Positions 61,101-64,000 of a stretch of 64,000 nucleotides of DNA are shown here, one piece after another. The notes beneath the pieces are model-generated. The model saw only the letters and a program-made list of their open reading frames with translations, had not been told where the DNA came from and made no database searches. Positions within the stretch are counted from its first letter, which is position 1; each line of letters opens with the position of its first letter. This DNA comes from Hemiscyllium ocellatum (Eukaryota), in NCBI RefSeq assembly GCF_020745735.1, contig NC_083410.1:2764117-2828116 (forward strand). The letters are read 5' to 3'. Both the position numbers and the translations under genes were made by a program.

Positions 61101-62692
61101 CCCACTCACCCCAAATCACCCACGCACCAACTCACCCCAAATCACCCACTCACCCAAATCACCCACTCACCCCAAATCACCCACTAACCCAAATCACCCA
61201 CGCACCAACTCACCCAAATCACCCACTCACCCCAAATCACCCACTCAACAACTCACCCACTCCCCCACTCCCCCAAATTACCTAAATCACCCACTCACCC
61301 AAATCACCCACTCACCCCAAATCACCCACTCACCCCAATCACCCACTCACCCAAATCACCCACTCACCCCAAATCACCCACTCACCCAAATCACCCCAAA
61401 TCACCCACTCACCCAAATCACCCACTCACCCCAAATCACCAACTCACCCAAATCACCCACTCACCCCAAATCACCCACGCACCAACTCACCCCAAATCAC
61501 CCACTCACCCAAATCACCCACTCACCCCAAATCACCCACTAACCCAAATCACCCACGCACCAACTCACCCAAATCACCCACTCACCCCAAATCACCCACT
61601 CAACAACTCACCCACTCCCCCACTCCCCCAAATTACCTAAATCACCCACTCACCCAAATCACCCACTCACCCCAAATCACCCACTCACCCCAATCACCCA
61701 CTCACCCAAATCACCCACTCACCCCAAATCACCCACTCACCCAAATCACCCCAAATCACCCACTCACCCAAATCACCCACTCACCCCAAATCACCCACTC
61801 ACCCCAATCACCCGCACACCCCAAATCACCCGCACACCCCAAATCACCCACTCACCCCAAATCACCCACTCAACTCCAATCACCCACTCACCCAAATCAC
61901 CCACTCACCCAAATCACCCACTCACCCCAAATCACCCACTCACCCAAATCACCCACTCACCCACTCATCCAAATCACCCACTCACCCACTCATCCAAATC
62001 ACCCACTCACCCAAATCACCTACTCACCCGAAATCATCCACTCTCCCAATCACCCACTCCCCCAAATCACCCACTCACCCCTAATCACCCACTCACCCAC
62101 TCACCCAAATCACCCACTCACCCAAATCACCCACTCACCCCAAATCACCCACTCTCCCAATCACCCACTCCCCCAAATCAACCACTTCCCCAAATTACCC
62201 ACTCACCCCAAATCACCCACTCACCCCAATCACCCACTCCCCCAAATCATCCACTCACCCCAAATCACCCACTCACCCAAATCACCCCAAATCACCCACT
62301 CACCCAAATCACTCAACTCCAATCACCCACTCACCCAAACCACCCACTCACCCAAATCACCCAATCACCCACTCACCCCAAATCATCCACTCACCCCAAA
62401 TCACCCACTTCCCCAATCACCCACTCTCCCAATCACCCACTCCCCCAAATCACTCACTCCCCCAAATCACCCACTCTCCCAATCACCCACTCACCCCAAA
62501 TCACCCACTCACCAAATCACCCACTCAACTCCAATCACCCACTCAACTCCAATCACCCACTCATCCCAAATCACCCACTCACCCAAATCACCCACTCACC
62601 CCAAATCATCCACTCACCCCAAATCACCCACTCACCCCAAATCACCCACTCAACTCCAATCACCCACTCACCCCAAATCACCCACTCAACCA
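58137..62692. repeat. 4.5-kb 17/18-bp satellite (cacccactcaccc(c)aaat)
   Basis: Continuous array with higher-order block duplication, e.g. ~61200-61440 versus ~61560-61800. Confidence 0.97.
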
Positions 62693-64000
62693 TTTCAACA
62701 CATGGGAATACAGATCCGATTTACAGAACCTATCCTCATAATTTAACCCTTGTCATGCTGTTGTTACTCTGGTGAATCTTCAGACCCACCCCACACCCAC
62801 TCCAGGGCACTTCTAGAGGGTATAATGCCCAGAAATGATTGTGACTCTCACTGGGCTCTCAGCATTGATCTGTATGTTTGAAGGATTTGTTCCTCAGTCT
62901 GGAGAAGTCCTTTAGGATCATCACAGACATCAGGTTAGGGTTAGATTCACAGAAATGTGGGAAGGGAGTGTTTGATCCAATCTGTCCACCAATTACAGAT
63001 AAACCTTAGTCCTGGTGAGGTACAGGCTGCTGCTGAGGAGCAGGGCAATGACCAAGGAGATCCGTCTCTTGGTTGGAGAATTGCTGTTCAGGCTTGGTGC
63101 AGTATTGAAGCTCATGGTCATTGTCTGTTCAACACAAACAGGAACAGGTTAAGGGCCGGTGACCTGCATGGATATTCATTTCAAAAACAAGTTAACTTCC
63201 ATTTATATAGCCCCCTTTAACATGGCAAAACATTCACCGGGACAGGTGTAAAAAGGTGAAGAGAGAGGGCGACGAGGTAACGGAGAGATAGAAATGTGGA
63301 AGCATAGAAACGAGGAGGAGGAGTAGGCCATTCGGCCCATCGAGCTTGTCCCACCAATCAATCTGGTCATGGCCAATTCTCTCGCTCAAGGCTGTATTTC
63401 TGCTTTCTCCCCTTGTGACCTTTACAATCTCAAAGTGTGGCCTTTCTTGTGTAAGGAGACCAACACTGCATGCAAACTGAAGAGCTGGAGACATGGAGAG
63501 GTAAAGGAGGGGGGGGGGGGCAAAGCAGAGGTGGAGAGGTACGGATGGGGGAAGATGGAGGGAAGAGGGGGAGGGGGTGGGGGAGAGAGTAGGAGTTATG
63601 GTGAGAGGTGTGAGTGAGAGAGGAGGGAGAAATGGAGAGGTGCAGAGGGGAGGGGGTGAAGAGCGGTTTCTAGGAATAGTTGAGAACAAAGCGTGGAGCA
63701 GGAATCAGTAACCGCGGTTGACCTCAGGTTCCTCTGTTCCTTCTCCCCCCACCCATGCCTCCCCCACTTTAAAGTTCTGCTATTTATCCACATCTCCACT
63801 TCACACCACAACCCCCTGTCTTAAATTCTATCTGCTATGTGCCTCCCCAGGTCACCAGTAAACCTACACCCTGCTCAGCCGCGTTACCATCTCCCCACTG
63901 TTTACCATGTTGCTGAAACACTGGGTCATCTGTAAATCCGGGATAAGGTGCATTTACTCTCTTTCAGTGCCCCATCCCCATCAACATCACCCCAGCTCTG

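Overview
Eukaryotic, repeat-dense genomic DNA from a shark or other elasmobranch. The taxon is inferred from HE1-type V-SINEs, CR1-type LINEs and Penelope-like elements (PLEs). The only convincing host gene is an immunoglobulin-superfamily gene on the minus strand, seen as two phase-1/phase-1 exons. The first is a 348-bp V-set exon (19443-19790). The second is a 4215-bp exon (6084-10298) holding a paralogous V-set domain fused to a ~1290-aa stalk built from a 14-aa repeat and carrying about 80 N-glycosylation sequons. Both V domains already contain the J-like G strand (GxGTxLxVT) and have no RSS, so they are non-rearranging VJ-type domains. Leader, transmembrane and cytoplasmic exons could not be securely identified. 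Most of the rest is transposable elements: a near-intact Neptune-type PLE (RT + GIY-YIG), many PLE terminal repeats with minimal hammerhead ribozymes of three sequence families, CR1 and Rex1/Babar fragments, HE1 SINEs, a solo LTR, Tigger-like MITEs and a decayed Gypsy gag. There are also at least six tandem arrays, several G-rich or telomere-variant-like. Most ORFs in the supplied track are shadows of these repeats. Coordinates of old TE fragments are approximate.
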